The notes beneath the pieces were generated by a model, which was not told the DNA's origin, searched no databases, and saw only the letters and a list, made by a program, of their open reading frames with translations. 37,773 nucleotides of DNA from a virus (taxonomy: Duplodnaviria > Caudoviricetes), in the IMG/VR virus record IMGVR_UViG_3300048074_000106, positions 1 through 37,773 of that record; one strand, written 5' to 3'. Made by a program: the position numbers and the translations under genes. The stretch's first letter is position 1. The number at the start of each line of letters is the position of its first letter. Of the stretch, positions 8,448 to 16,609 are shown piece after piece.

Positions 8448-11003
8448 TCAGCGCCCCAAGGCCGCCTGGTAGGCGCGGCGGTTGTTACTGGCGTTCTTGA
8501 TCTGGATCCTCTGTCCGGCAGGCGACTCGAGGTAGCGAGCGATCAGGCCCTCGGCCAGCTCCACCGTGAGCGTTCCGTTGCTCGGCGCCGCAGCTGCTGC
8601 CGAGGCCCCGTCGACGAGTCCCCCGCCGGCGAAATGCGCGATCGGCGGTGACATGAGCGCGGGGGTATACATGAGCGCTCGCGATCCCCTGCGGTTGAGC
8701 TGCTCGAGGTGGCTCAGGACCCCCGGCTGGTGAACGGCGGCGGCACGGACGATGAACTCGCCCCGTGACACCAGGGCCAGGTTGGAGTCCGAGGTCCCGG
8801 TGCCCTGGCCGCCGAGAAGACCACCGTCAGCCTTCTTGGCGACCTTCACCTCTCCGCCGGCAGAGAATGAGCTGAGGATCGTCTTCATGACCTGAGCAGC
8901 GACGGCCTCGGATGCCATCCGGCGTAGGCTGGCGATGACCGAAGCTATCGCTGCGCGAACCCCGGCTTTCCAGTTCTTGGCACTCTGCAAGCCATTGTCG
9001 AAGAAGTCGGTGAGCGCCCCGTAGGAAGCATCGATCGCAGTGCTCTTGAGCCGCGACAGGAAGTCGGTCGCACCCTGGGCGGCAACTCCTATGTCGCTGA
9101 CGGCCGCGGCGAACGCCTTAGCCTGGGCAATCGCTTCGGGGTTACCCGCTGCTTGAGCAGCCGCGAGAAGGCGTGTGGCGAGATCCTGGAGCGTCTTCAG
9201 GCGGCCCGTCTCGAGGGCGAGGATCTGCTGCTCGGCCTCGAACTGGGAGATGAGCCCCGCGTCGGCCTGAACCTGGATGTCGGCGCGTTTGGCCGCCAGG
9301 TCATCAAGGGCTGCTTCCGCCGACGACCGCACGTCGTTGAAGTGAGCCATCGCGGTAAGGGAATCCCTCAGAGAATCAACCTTCGCCTTTCGCTGTGCAT
9401 CCGAAAGCCCTCCCATCGTGCGGTACAGCTTGTCGGCTGCGGCGACCTCTGCCTCGATACCGAGCAGGGCGGCCTCATAGGTGCGGCCCTGAGACTCCAG
9501 CATTCGCTGGTCCATGCTCAGCCGTTCCTTGGCCAATTCACGGACGGCCCGCGTCTCTTCGAGCGTCAGGCTTGCGAGCTGGTCCTGTTGCTCCAGCCGC
9601 AGCTTGGCGATCTCAGTGTCGATCTTGGCCGCCTCGCTCCCCTGCTTCTCGACGTCCGGCTCCGCGGAGAGCAGCGCGCGCTTCTTCAAGAGGAGCGCGA
9701 CTTCCTGGTCTGTCTCCTGGGCAGCGATCTCGCGCCGGCTACGGTAGTACTCGCGGACGCTGGTGAGCCCCTCCTCGAAGCTGCGCTTCTCGGCGTTGTT
9801 GCGGAGCTTGGACTGGAGCCGGACCATCGCTAGCTCGTTGTCGAGAACGGCCCGGGACGCCTCCGCGCGCCGGCGGACCAGCTCGGCTGGATCGGTCTCG
9901 TCGGCCGTGCCATCCTCGGTGTCCTTAGCTTTCGGTTTGGTCGGTGCGGAGATCACCAACTCGAAGCGGCCAGTGAGCCGATCCATCAGAGCGCTTCCCT
10001 CTTGGGCCATCGTTACCTGGGCTGCCCGGATGTAGCCCTTCGCCTCGTCGACGCGACCGCGCATCAGCGCCATCGATGCGCGCACACCGGCGTCGAGCTG
10101 GATGAACAGCGAGGCGATCGCGGACCCCACCAAGTCGAACGCTGAGGACACGATGCCGACGACGAACTTCAGAACGAGGCCCACGCCTTCCCCGAAGCCC
10201 TTCCACGCGTCGTTCGTCTGCGAGAGATCGCCGCTCATGATCTGGAGCGCCTGGCTAATCTGAGGCCCGACCCCCGTGGCAAACTGGATCCCGAGCCCCT
10301 GGGCCTGAAGCCTGAGTAGGTCGATGTCATCCCCGAGCTGATCCGCTGCCGCGGCCATGTCGGTGTCGATGAGGACGCCGAGTTCGCGGGCACGCTCGAT
10401 CAGGCGCCCAAGACCTTCCTCCGCGAGCTGGTCCATGAGCGGGATGAGGTCCGCCCCCGACCTGCCGAATAGATCCTGGGCGGTCTTCGACTTCTGGTAG
10501 CCCGCACCCATCTTCGACAGAGCCTGAGACACCAGTTCGAACCGCTCGGCCGCGTCCTTGCCCTTGAAGCTGTTGACGGACAGGCCCAGGTTCTTGAACG
10601 TAGCCGCGGCCTGAGGATTCCCTTCAGCTGCTTCCGCCACCCGCTTGTTCAGCAGCACCAGGCCTTGCGTCAGCTTCTGGTTCTCGACATCGTTCAGGCG
10701 GGCAGCGAGCGACAGTGCGGAGAGGTTCTCGGTGGAGGCCCCGACCTTCTGCGCGAGCTTGCCCGCCTGGTCCGCAGCCTCGGCCGAGCCCTTCACCCAG
10801 CTGGTGAAGGCGCCTACGGAGAGGGCGACTCCCATCCCGGCGAGCAGGTTCTTCGTGTTGCCGAGAACCCCATTCAGACCCAGGAATCCCTTGGACTGCT
10901 TGGCAGCAACCTTCGAGGACTCGGCCTGGATCTTCTGGAGGGCGCCCACGACCTCGGCGACACCTTCCGCCGAGAGCCGTACGCGGACATCAGGGGTCGT
11001 CAC
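8448..11003 (-). CDS. Tail tape measure protein, 851 aa
   Basis: Long Ala-rich helical protein with AQDLFGRSGADLIP and C-terminal GQGTGTSDS..A.VSRGEFIV..A and FAGGGLV. It follows the chaperone genes. Confidence 0.92.
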   Translation of the reverse strand: MTTPDVRVRLSAEGVAEVVGALQKIQAESSKVAAKQSKGFLGLNGVLGNTKNLLAGMGVALSVGAFTSWVKGSAEAADQAGKLAQKVGASTENLSALSLAARLNDVENQKLTQGLVLLNKRVAEAAEGNPQAAATFKNLGLSVNSFKGKDAAERFELVSQALSKMGAGYQKSKTAQDLFGRSGADLIPLMDQLAEEGLGRLIERARELGVLIDTDMAAAADQLGDDIDLLRLQAQGLGIQFATGVGPQISQALQIMSGDLSQTNDAWKGFGEGVGLVLKFVVGIVSSAFDLVGSAIASLFIQLDAGVRASMALMRGRVDEAKGYIRAAQVTMAQEGSALMDRLTGRFELVISAPTKPKAKDTEDGTADETDPAELVRRRAEASRAVLDNELAMVRLQSKLRNNAEKRSFEEGLTSVREYYRSRREIAAQETDQEVALLLKKRALLSAEPDVEKQGSEAAKIDTEIAKLRLEQQDQLASLTLEETRAVRELAKERLSMDQRMLESQGRTYEAALLGIEAEVAAADKLYRTMGGLSDAQRKAKVDSLRDSLTAMAHFNDVRSSAEAALDDLAAKRADIQVQADAGLISQFEAEQQILALETGRLKTLQDLATRLLAAAQAAGNPEAIAQAKAFAAAVSDIGVAAQGATDFLSRLKSTAIDASYGALTDFFDNGLQSAKNWKAGVRAAIASVIASLRRMASEAVAAQVMKTILSSFSAGGEVKVAKKADGGLLGGQGTGTSDSNLALVSRGEFIVRAAAVHQPGVLSHLEQLNRRGSRALMYTPALMSPPIAHFAGGGLVDGASAAAAAPSNGTLTVELAEGLIARYLESPAGQRIQIKNASNNRRAYQAALGR

Positions 11004-11334
11004 GGTCGAGCCCCTTCCTCAGGATGGCCGGGATAGACGGCGGTCGGGCGCGCTGGCTCTTGGCGGCATGCGGCGCCACGATCGTCCAGAGCAGGAGCTG
11101 GTGGCGGTAGTCTTCAAGAGCCATGGTCTGCATGCGTCTCCGATAGGCGTACAGTGCTTCGCGCAAGGGCCACCGGAGAACACGCTGCGCGCGATCGTGG
11201 TCTCCGCCGGCGAGCTCCGCGACTAGCTCGGTCCAGCCCCCATAGCGGCCGGGTCTGACGTCGTCGCGGGATGCCTCGTTGGATCGAAGGACGTCGCGGA
11301 AGTCCTCAAGGAGCGCATCCCGAAGGGAAAAAAA
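10990..11334 (-). CDS. gpT-like extension of the tail assembly chaperone, reached by -1 frameshift (G-T fusion ~235 aa)
   Basis: Slippery T TTT TTT at 11334-11328. The -1 frame is open to TGA at 10992-10990 and reads SLRDALLEDF...GGWTELVAELAGGDHDRAQRVLRWPLREALYAY...IPAILRKGLDRDDP. Confidence 0.8.
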   Translation of the reverse strand, partial: FFSLRDALLEDFRDVLRSNEASRDDVRPGRYGGWTELVAELAGGDHDRAQRVLRWPLREALYAYRRRMQTMALEDYRHQLLLWTIVAPHAAKSQRARPPSIPAILRKGLDRDDP

Positions 11335-11696
11335 GCGATGAGGAGGGAGAGGACGAGGCTCCGGACCTGAGCCTTGTCCTCCGGAGAACGCAAGGAGCCG
11401 AGGAAGTGGGCGGATTCCCGGGCGAGGTCCGGCGTCCAGGACTCCCCCGGCTCCTTGTCACCCGCGTCGACGGGTTCGGGAACGATCAGGCAGGAGAGCA
11501 GATGGAGCACCTGCTCTTTCTCCAGGACCTTCCGAAGGAGGCGGTCGGCGTAGGCTCCGGCTTCCTCCCCCTCCAGCATGTGAAAGTCGTTGAGCCCGGC
11601 CTGCTCGCAGAGAGCGTCGAAGCGGAAGTCGTGTTCGACCGTGCTTCCGCCGATGGGGACGAAAGCACGGCCGCCGAGAACGTATCTCTCGGCCAT
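11223..11696 (-). CDS. Tail assembly chaperone (gpG-like)
   Basis: Lies between the tail tube and tape measure genes and contains the slippery site at LIAFF. Confidence 0.8.
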   Translation of the reverse strand: MAERYVLGGRAFVPIGGSTVEHDFRFDALCEQAGLNDFHMLEGEEAGAYADRLLRKVLEKEQVLHLLSCLIVPEPVDAGDKEPGESWTPDLARESAHFLGSLRSPEDKAQVRSLVLSLLIAFFPFGMRSLRTSATSFDPTRHPATTSDPAAMGAGPS

Positions 11697-12469
11697 TACG
11701 CCTCCCGGTACACGGTCTCGCCGAAGGGCGCGCTCGCGTGATTGGCGGAGTCGTCCTCGACGTAGCCTTCGAGCGTGTACTCGGCGTACTGATCGGAGAT
11801 GAACCCGATCGCGCCGGACGAGCGCAGCGTGACACGCCAGAGCGTGTGTTCCATCTGGGGTCCGCGCGCGTTGTCCGGGATGAAGAGGATGCTTCCGCGC
11901 TTCACGCCCTCGGCCCCCAGGTTGACCTTGGGGTAGCTGGTGATCGCGGCGTAGGAGTAGTCGACGAGGAGGTCAGTGCCGTTGGCGATGGTGCCGCCAG
12001 GTACGATGTAGATCATCCCAGTCTCGGCGTCGACGGTGTAGTCGGTGGTGACGGTGTAGGTGGTGGGAGTGGCGTCGGTCACCACGACGCTGCTGACCTT
12101 CCGCTTCGCGAGGCGATAGGACCGGTCCTGCAGGACGTCGTTGACGGCCTCGTCCGCGACCGTGCTCGCCGACTGCGTGATCGCGGTGCCGGCCGTTCCG
12201 AAGAGCGCCAGACCGAGCAGCTCCTTGTTGAAGTGGTCGGCCGTGATCTTCAGCCCGATCTCGGACCGGAGCACGTCGGAGGCCATGAGCTTGGCAGCCG
12301 CCGTGGTGCTGCCGTACTTCTTGATCTCCTCCTGGGTCGGCGTCATCTCGAATGCCGGCGTGTTGCCCAGGAAGAGGTACCCCGTGGGGACGTTCAGAGC
12401 GGTCCACGGGTTGAAGTAGACCTTGCCCCGGCCGAGCAGTACTTTGGTTCCGTCAATCGCGTTGCCCAT
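11696..12469 (-). CDS. Major tail tube protein, 257 aa
   Basis: LLGRGKVYF, FLGNTPAFEMT, TDYTVDAETGMIYI and DNARGP; strong AGGAGG SD. Confidence 0.88.
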   Translation of the reverse strand: MGNAIDGTKVLLGRGKVYFNPWTALNVPTGYLFLGNTPAFEMTPTQEEIKKYGSTTAAAKLMASDVLRSEIGLKITADHFNKELLGLALFGTAGTAITQSASTVADEAVNDVLQDRSYRLAKRKVSSVVVTDATPTTYTVTTDYTVDAETGMIYIVPGGTIANGTDLLVDYSYAAITSYPKVNLGAEGVKRGSILFIPDNARGPQMEHTLWRVTLRSSGAIGFISDQYAEYTLEGYVEDDSANHASAPFGETVYREA

Positions 12470-12487
12470 CGTTTCCTCCTGATGGCC

Positions 12488-12958
12488 CTACGCGGCCACC
12501 TCCGGATCGCTGGTCCGGGACTGGTACTCGAACTGAAATGCCATCGTCGCGCGGCAGAAGGAGGTCTCCTTCCGCTCGTATTCGAACGTCGTGCCGAGCT
12601 CGTCGCCCGCCTGATTCGTCAGCCCGCTGAAGGTGCCCGCAGCCACCAGCGCCTTCGAGGCCCAGGCGAGGATCGGATCCGCGGCCTTGTCGGGCGTGGT
12701 CGTTGTCGCGGCCTTGGTGAGCGCCTCGATGTTGAGCAAGAGTCGGCGTCTCACCACGGCGCCCCGCTGGGCGGCCCGCTTCGATTCGTCGTGCTGCGGC
12801 TCCACCTTCTCGATCGCCTGGTAGACCGTGAACGCGGGGAGCTGGTCCTCGGTGGGCGAGTCGATGCGAGTGCGGACCGGCGCCGGCACTCCGCTCGGGC
12901 GCCCGGTCGTGAGCGCCGTGACAGCGGCCGCGACGATCTGCTCTCGAATCGTGCTCAT
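12488..12958 (-). CDS. Tail terminator (gpU-like)
   Basis: MSTIREQIVAA..., QLPAFTVY and F.FEYQSRTSDP; position before the tail tube gene. Confidence 0.75.
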   Translation of the reverse strand: MSTIREQIVAAAVTALTTGRPSGVPAPVRTRIDSPTEDQLPAFTVYQAIEKVEPQHDESKRAAQRGAVVRRRLLLNIEALTKAATTTTPDKAADPILAWASKALVAAGTFSGLTNQAGDELGTTFEYERKETSFCRATMAFQFEYQSRTSDPEVAA

Positions 12959-13260
12959 GGCTTCCTCAGAAGGACACGGGTCATCGCCCCATCTCCGTAG
13001 ACCAGAACCTCACGAACCACGTAGGCCGTTCCTCCGACCGTGATCGAGGCCCCGGACACGAGTCCTGAGAGCGTGCCGCTCTGCACATGCACGGACTCCT
13101 CAACCCCGACCGGCCCCGGCATGTCGCCACCCAGGATCTCGACGGCCTCGCGGTCGCGGAGCCCCGTCACCGTGGACGCTCCGATCGTCACGGTGACGGT
13201 GCCACCTGCTGCTGCGAGATCCGCAAGGATCGCTGCGATGTCGTCCGCGCCGAAGCTCAT
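12955..13260 (-). CDS. Head-tail joining protein (gpFII-like)
   Basis: Small beta protein ending GASITVGGTAYVVREVLVYGDGAMTRVLL. Confidence 0.75.
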   Translation of the reverse strand: MSFGADDIAAILADLAAAGGTVTVTIGASTVTGLRDREAVEILGGDMPGPVGVEESVHVQSGTLSGLVSGASITVGGTAYVVREVLVYGDGAMTRVLLRKP

Positions 13261-13266
13261 GACGGA

Positions 13267-13656
13267 TCAGGAGTACTTCTTGATGCCGATGAACGCGACG
13301 CCGTAGGGGAACGTCGGGGTGCTCGTTCCGCCCAGGGTGCCGATCACCTTGATGTACTTGTTCACCTTGTTGAGGTCGAGCACCAGCGTCTGGACCCCGG
13401 CGGTGTCGGTCACCTGGGTGAACGCGGCACCCGTGACGTCGGTGTAGGATCCGCCCGAGGTGGCGCAGTGCTGGATCTTGACGTCCAAGGTCGGACTCGA
13501 GCCGGCCGTGGCGGCGCCGGCGGAGAGGACCACTCGCGCGAGCCCCTCGTAGTCGGTGACGTCGAAGGCGGTCCCCGTCAGGGTGGAGGTGCGGGAAAGC
13601 ACCGCCTCGAGCTGAGTGGTAACCACCTTGGCGAGCGCGTTGATGAATGCGGTCAC
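13267..13656 (-). CDS. Capsid cement/decoration-like beta-sandwich protein
   Basis: TGTAFDVTDY, PTLDVKIQH...GSYTDVTGAAFTQVT and KYIKV; lies downstream of the capsid gene. Confidence 0.6.
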   Translation of the reverse strand: MTAFINALAKVVTTQLEAVLSRTSTLTGTAFDVTDYEGLARVVLSAGAATAGSSPTLDVKIQHCATSGGSYTDVTGAAFTQVTDTAGVQTLVLDLNKVNKYIKVIGTLGGTSTPTFPYGVAFIGIKKYS

Positions 13657-13720
13657 GGTCGATCCTCCTTCCGCTGTTACCCGCCGGTCTCTGGCCGGGA
13701 GTGCAGCAGCCGTTCTGAAA

Positions 13721-13954
13721 CTACTTGCCCTTGCCCTTCGACCCCTTGCCCTTCATCACCTCGGTCTCGTCGTCGGGAGCGGGAGATTCGGCCGAGGCCT
13801 CCTCAGTGACGGGCGCAACGAACCCCTGGGCGATCTTGACCCTGGCCTCGTAGGCCGTGATGTCCTGGCCGATGACCAGGACCGTGCCCACCTCGAGATC
13901 GATCCCGCCGCCCTTGCAGTAGGCCGAGATCACCTGGACCTTGCTCAACGTCAT
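13721..13954 (-). CDS. Small capsid-associated hypothetical protein, 77 aa
   Basis: ATG at 13954 follows GGAGGAG. A short folded N-terminus precedes an acidic then basic tail, typical of the gene after a capsid gene. Confidence 0.65.
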   Translation of the reverse strand: MTLSKVQVISAYCKGGGIDLEVGTVLVIGQDITAYEARVKIAQGFVAPVTEEASAESPAPDDETEVMKGKGSKGKGK

Positions 13955-13991
13955 CTCCGTCTCCTCCAGCAACCGCGATCCCCGGGGGGGC

Positions 13992-14021
13992 GGGAGGGAC
14001 CAGGTGCACCCGGCCCCTCCC
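13992..14021 (-). terminator. GC-rich hairpin after the capsid gene (attenuator or mRNA stabiliser; no U-tract)
   Basis: Minus strand GGGAGGGGCCGGGU-GC-ACCUGGUCCCUCCC pairs fully when G-U pairs are allowed. Confidence 0.5.
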
Positions 14022-14042
14022 TTCTCGGGGTGTTCGGGGTGC

Positions 14043-15953
14043 CTAGCTGATGGTGGCCCCGGTCGCCTTCACGAAGGACTCGCCGTGACGGAGCACGACG
14101 TCGCCCATCTGGAAGGAGGTGACCACGATGAGGCCCTTGCCGGCCTGGGTGTACGGGTCGACGACCAGCTCCATCGCGTCCCACAGGCCGATGAGCAGAT
14201 CGTTCCAGTCGCCGAAGATGAGCCCGTGCTTCGTGCTCGCCTCAAGCGTCTTCGAGACCTGGCTGGTGCTGACAGCCCGGTAGCCGGCCATGAAGCCGTC
14301 CGCGATGGGACCGGTCCAGATCATCTTCGAACCGGCCGCGCTCGCCTCGAGCGTGCACATCATGAGCGACGCCATGAGCGGCGTGGTCATGTAGCCGGGG
14401 CTGACGAGACGGACGTTCTTGTCCGCCGCGAGCCCCTGCATGCCCACGATCTTGGCGTGGGTGGGGACACCACCCATGGCCTGGGGCTGAACGTCGGGGG
14501 CGGTGTAAATGCCGGTCGGCTCGCCGTTGACCCCGCTGCCGTGCAGGCCAGCCAGGTCGATGGCCAGCGCGTGACCCATCGCCAGCTCATCCCGGACCAT
14601 CGCCTCGACGTCGATCGAGGACTGGGCCAGGAGCTGCCGCGAGTAGCTCGTCGCGCCCTGCATGGTCTTCGGGGTGAGGAAGACCTGGCCGGTGGCGACG
14701 TCGCTCTTGGTGACGTCGGCGGCCGGGTTCTCCCCGACCCAGTAGACCGTCATCCCGGCGGTCTTCTTCGGGAAGGTCAGCGGCCCGGTGAGACCGGTCA
14801 GGAGACGGGCGCCCATCTGGACGACCATGGCTCGCGCGCGCAGCAGATCGATCAGCTCGCCCGGCGAGTCCTGAACGAACTCGGCTCCGGCGCCGGCGGT
14901 CTTGGAGTCGAGCGCGCGGGTGCCGAGGCGCATGGGGACGAGGATCCCGCCTCGACTCTGGTAGTTCGCCGGCAGGCCGCGGGCGAGCTCCTTGTGCAGC
15001 TCGCCTTCGAGCCCGTCGAATCCGGAGCGCTCGCCCTTGGCGGCCTCGGTCGACATGCGCAGCGCGCGCGTGTAGGAGTACCTCGCCAGGTCCTTGTCCG
15101 GCATGCCGGTGCGCTCGGCCGCGGGCTGGCCGGTGCCCGCGGTCTTGCGGGCCTTCACGATCTCGTACCCCACCTGCTGCGGAGTCAGGCCCTGGCCGAT
15201 CCACTCGGAGGCGCGCTCGCTCAGGTTGTTGTTCTGGCAGATGGCCAAGATCTCCTGGACCTCGGCGTTGCGGTCGCGCTTGGGCTCGGGTGCGGAGGCC
15301 GGCGGGGGCTGGACCTCGACAGCGCTACGGGCGCCATTGGGCTGGGGGGTGGTTTCGGGCTCGGGCACCATGGTTCGCTCCTCCTGTGGGACGGCCTGGC
15401 CGTCCGATTCGATCTCGACTTCGAACTCCTCGCGGTTGTCTCCGCGCTCGAGGCCGACCGAGACATCGGCGGCCAGTGGCAAGATGTGGACTTCGACCGG
15501 CATCCATCGGGTGGCGTTCCAGGTGTCAGGCTTTCCGCCTTCTCCCTTCACGACCTTCGCCTTCATGACCCGGTAGCCGAGGGAGACCTGGGTGCGGATA
15601 CGATCCTGCACGTCCCCCTCAACCTCCTGGCCCTTGGCGCTGCGCGAGAACCGGACGTCGCCCTTGAGCTTCCCGCCCTCGATGCGACCGTTCTCGAAGA
15701 TCCCGACCTGGGTTCCCCAGTGGCCACCGATCTGATCGGCTGCCATGACGGAGAGCCCGCCCTTCAGGTAGCGCTTGTCGATCGCTCCTTCGTCGTGGCT
15801 CAGAACTTCCATTCCGAACCAGCGTTCGATGGCGACCTCGCTCGATACGCTGAAGGTGTACTTCCGCTGATCGCCTTCGGCCCTGCCTTCCGGCGGGAGC
15901 TCCGGGCCTTCGAAGGCTCGGTGCAGCATCGGCAGTTTGCGCGGATCGGGCAT
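14043..15953 (-). CDS. Fused HK97-type prohead protease / major capsid protein, 636 aa
   Basis: N-terminal SVSSEVAIERWFGMEVLSH...VRFSRS...VSLGYRV (protease); C-terminal WVGEN, SYSRQLLAQSSIDVE and LIFGDWNDLLIGLW...VDPY (capsid). Confidence 0.93.
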   Translation of the reverse strand: MPDPRKLPMLHRAFEGPELPPEGRAEGDQRKYTFSVSSEVAIERWFGMEVLSHDEGAIDKRYLKGGLSVMAADQIGGHWGTQVGIFENGRIEGGKLKGDVRFSRSAKGQEVEGDVQDRIRTQVSLGYRVMKAKVVKGEGGKPDTWNATRWMPVEVHILPLAADVSVGLERGDNREEFEVEIESDGQAVPQEERTMVPEPETTPQPNGARSAVEVQPPPASAPEPKRDRNAEVQEILAICQNNNLSERASEWIGQGLTPQQVGYEIVKARKTAGTGQPAAERTGMPDKDLARYSYTRALRMSTEAAKGERSGFDGLEGELHKELARGLPANYQSRGGILVPMRLGTRALDSKTAGAGAEFVQDSPGELIDLLRARAMVVQMGARLLTGLTGPLTFPKKTAGMTVYWVGENPAADVTKSDVATGQVFLTPKTMQGATSYSRQLLAQSSIDVEAMVRDELAMGHALAIDLAGLHGSGVNGEPTGIYTAPDVQPQAMGGVPTHAKIVGMQGLAADKNVRLVSPGYMTTPLMASLMMCTLEASAAGSKMIWTGPIADGFMAGYRAVSTSQVSKTLEASTKHGLIFGDWNDLLIGLWDAMELVVDPYTQAGKGLIVVTSFQMGDVVLRHGESFVKATGATIS

Positions 15954-15959
15954 CGCTGA

Positions 15960-16060
15960 GTTCTCCTTCGCGGTGATTCTTGCGGCTCACACCGAGGCCC
16001 GCTCAAGTCCAATCTAATTAGACTTGGAATCCCGCGTGGAGCGGTGCCACCGTGACGCGC
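15960..16060. promoter_or_regulatory. Divergent late promoter region with dyad symmetry
   Basis: CAAGTC-N11-GACTTG (16004-16026) overlaps the perfect palindrome TCTAATTAGA (16013-16022). It is an AT-rich island between divergent genes. Confidence 0.6.
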
Positions 16061-16606
16061 ATGAGCAACCTCGATCTCACCGCTCTGCCCGACTCTTTTC
16101 CCGCCGGCACGACCGTCATCTACACCAAGTCGTTCACGAACTTCTCGCCCACCGAATGGACGCTGAAGCTCTATTTGGCAGGACCGGACACGCTGAACGT
16201 GACTGCTGTCGCTTCCGGCGAGAGCTACGTGGTAACGATCCCGGCAACTTCAACGGCGGCTTCGCCGGCTGGTTCGTATCACTGGGTCGAGCGCGTCGAG
16301 AAGACGGGCGTTGTCTGTGATCTCGCCTCCGGACTCGTGATCCTCACCCCGAATCTGGCGACGGCCACCGACGGATCGCTCCAGGACTGGGCTGAGAAGG
16401 TGCTGCCCCTTGTCGAGGCGGCGATCGCGGGACGGATCCCGGCCGGGATGGAGAGCTATCAGATCGCTGGGCGGGCGGTGGCCAAGATCCCCATCCGCGA
16501 GCTCATGGCGCTGCGCGGCCAGCTCAAGAGCATGGTCGCCCAGGGCCAGAGCCGCACCCGCATCTCCCGTCCCATCCACATCAAGTTCCCCCAGACAGGG
16601 GCGTGA
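16061..16606 (+). CDS. Head-tail adaptor (gpW-like C-terminus with an N-terminal beta domain), 181 aa
   Basis: ESYQIAGRAVAKIPIRELMALR; lies directly before a lambda-type portal. Confidence 0.8.
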   Translation: MSNLDLTALPDSFPAGTTVIYTKSFTNFSPTEWTLKLYLAGPDTLNVTAVASGESYVVTIPATSTAASPAGSYHWVERVEKTGVVCDLASGLVILTPNLATATDGSLQDWAEKVLPLVEAAIAGRIPAGMESYQIAGRAVAKIPIRELMALRGQLKSMVAQGQSRTRISRPIHIKFPQTGA

Positions 16607-16609
16607 CCC

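Noticed and set aside
13941-15959. Long antisense ORFs (13941..15959, 11738..13000, 16982..18121, 23950..25356, 33113..34303 and similar)
   Set aside because: They are shadow ORFs of real genes in GC-rich DNA and show no recognisable motifs.
16013-16022. TCTAATTAGA palindrome as an N15-like telomere resolution site
   Set aside because: It is too short and no protelomerase is encoded.
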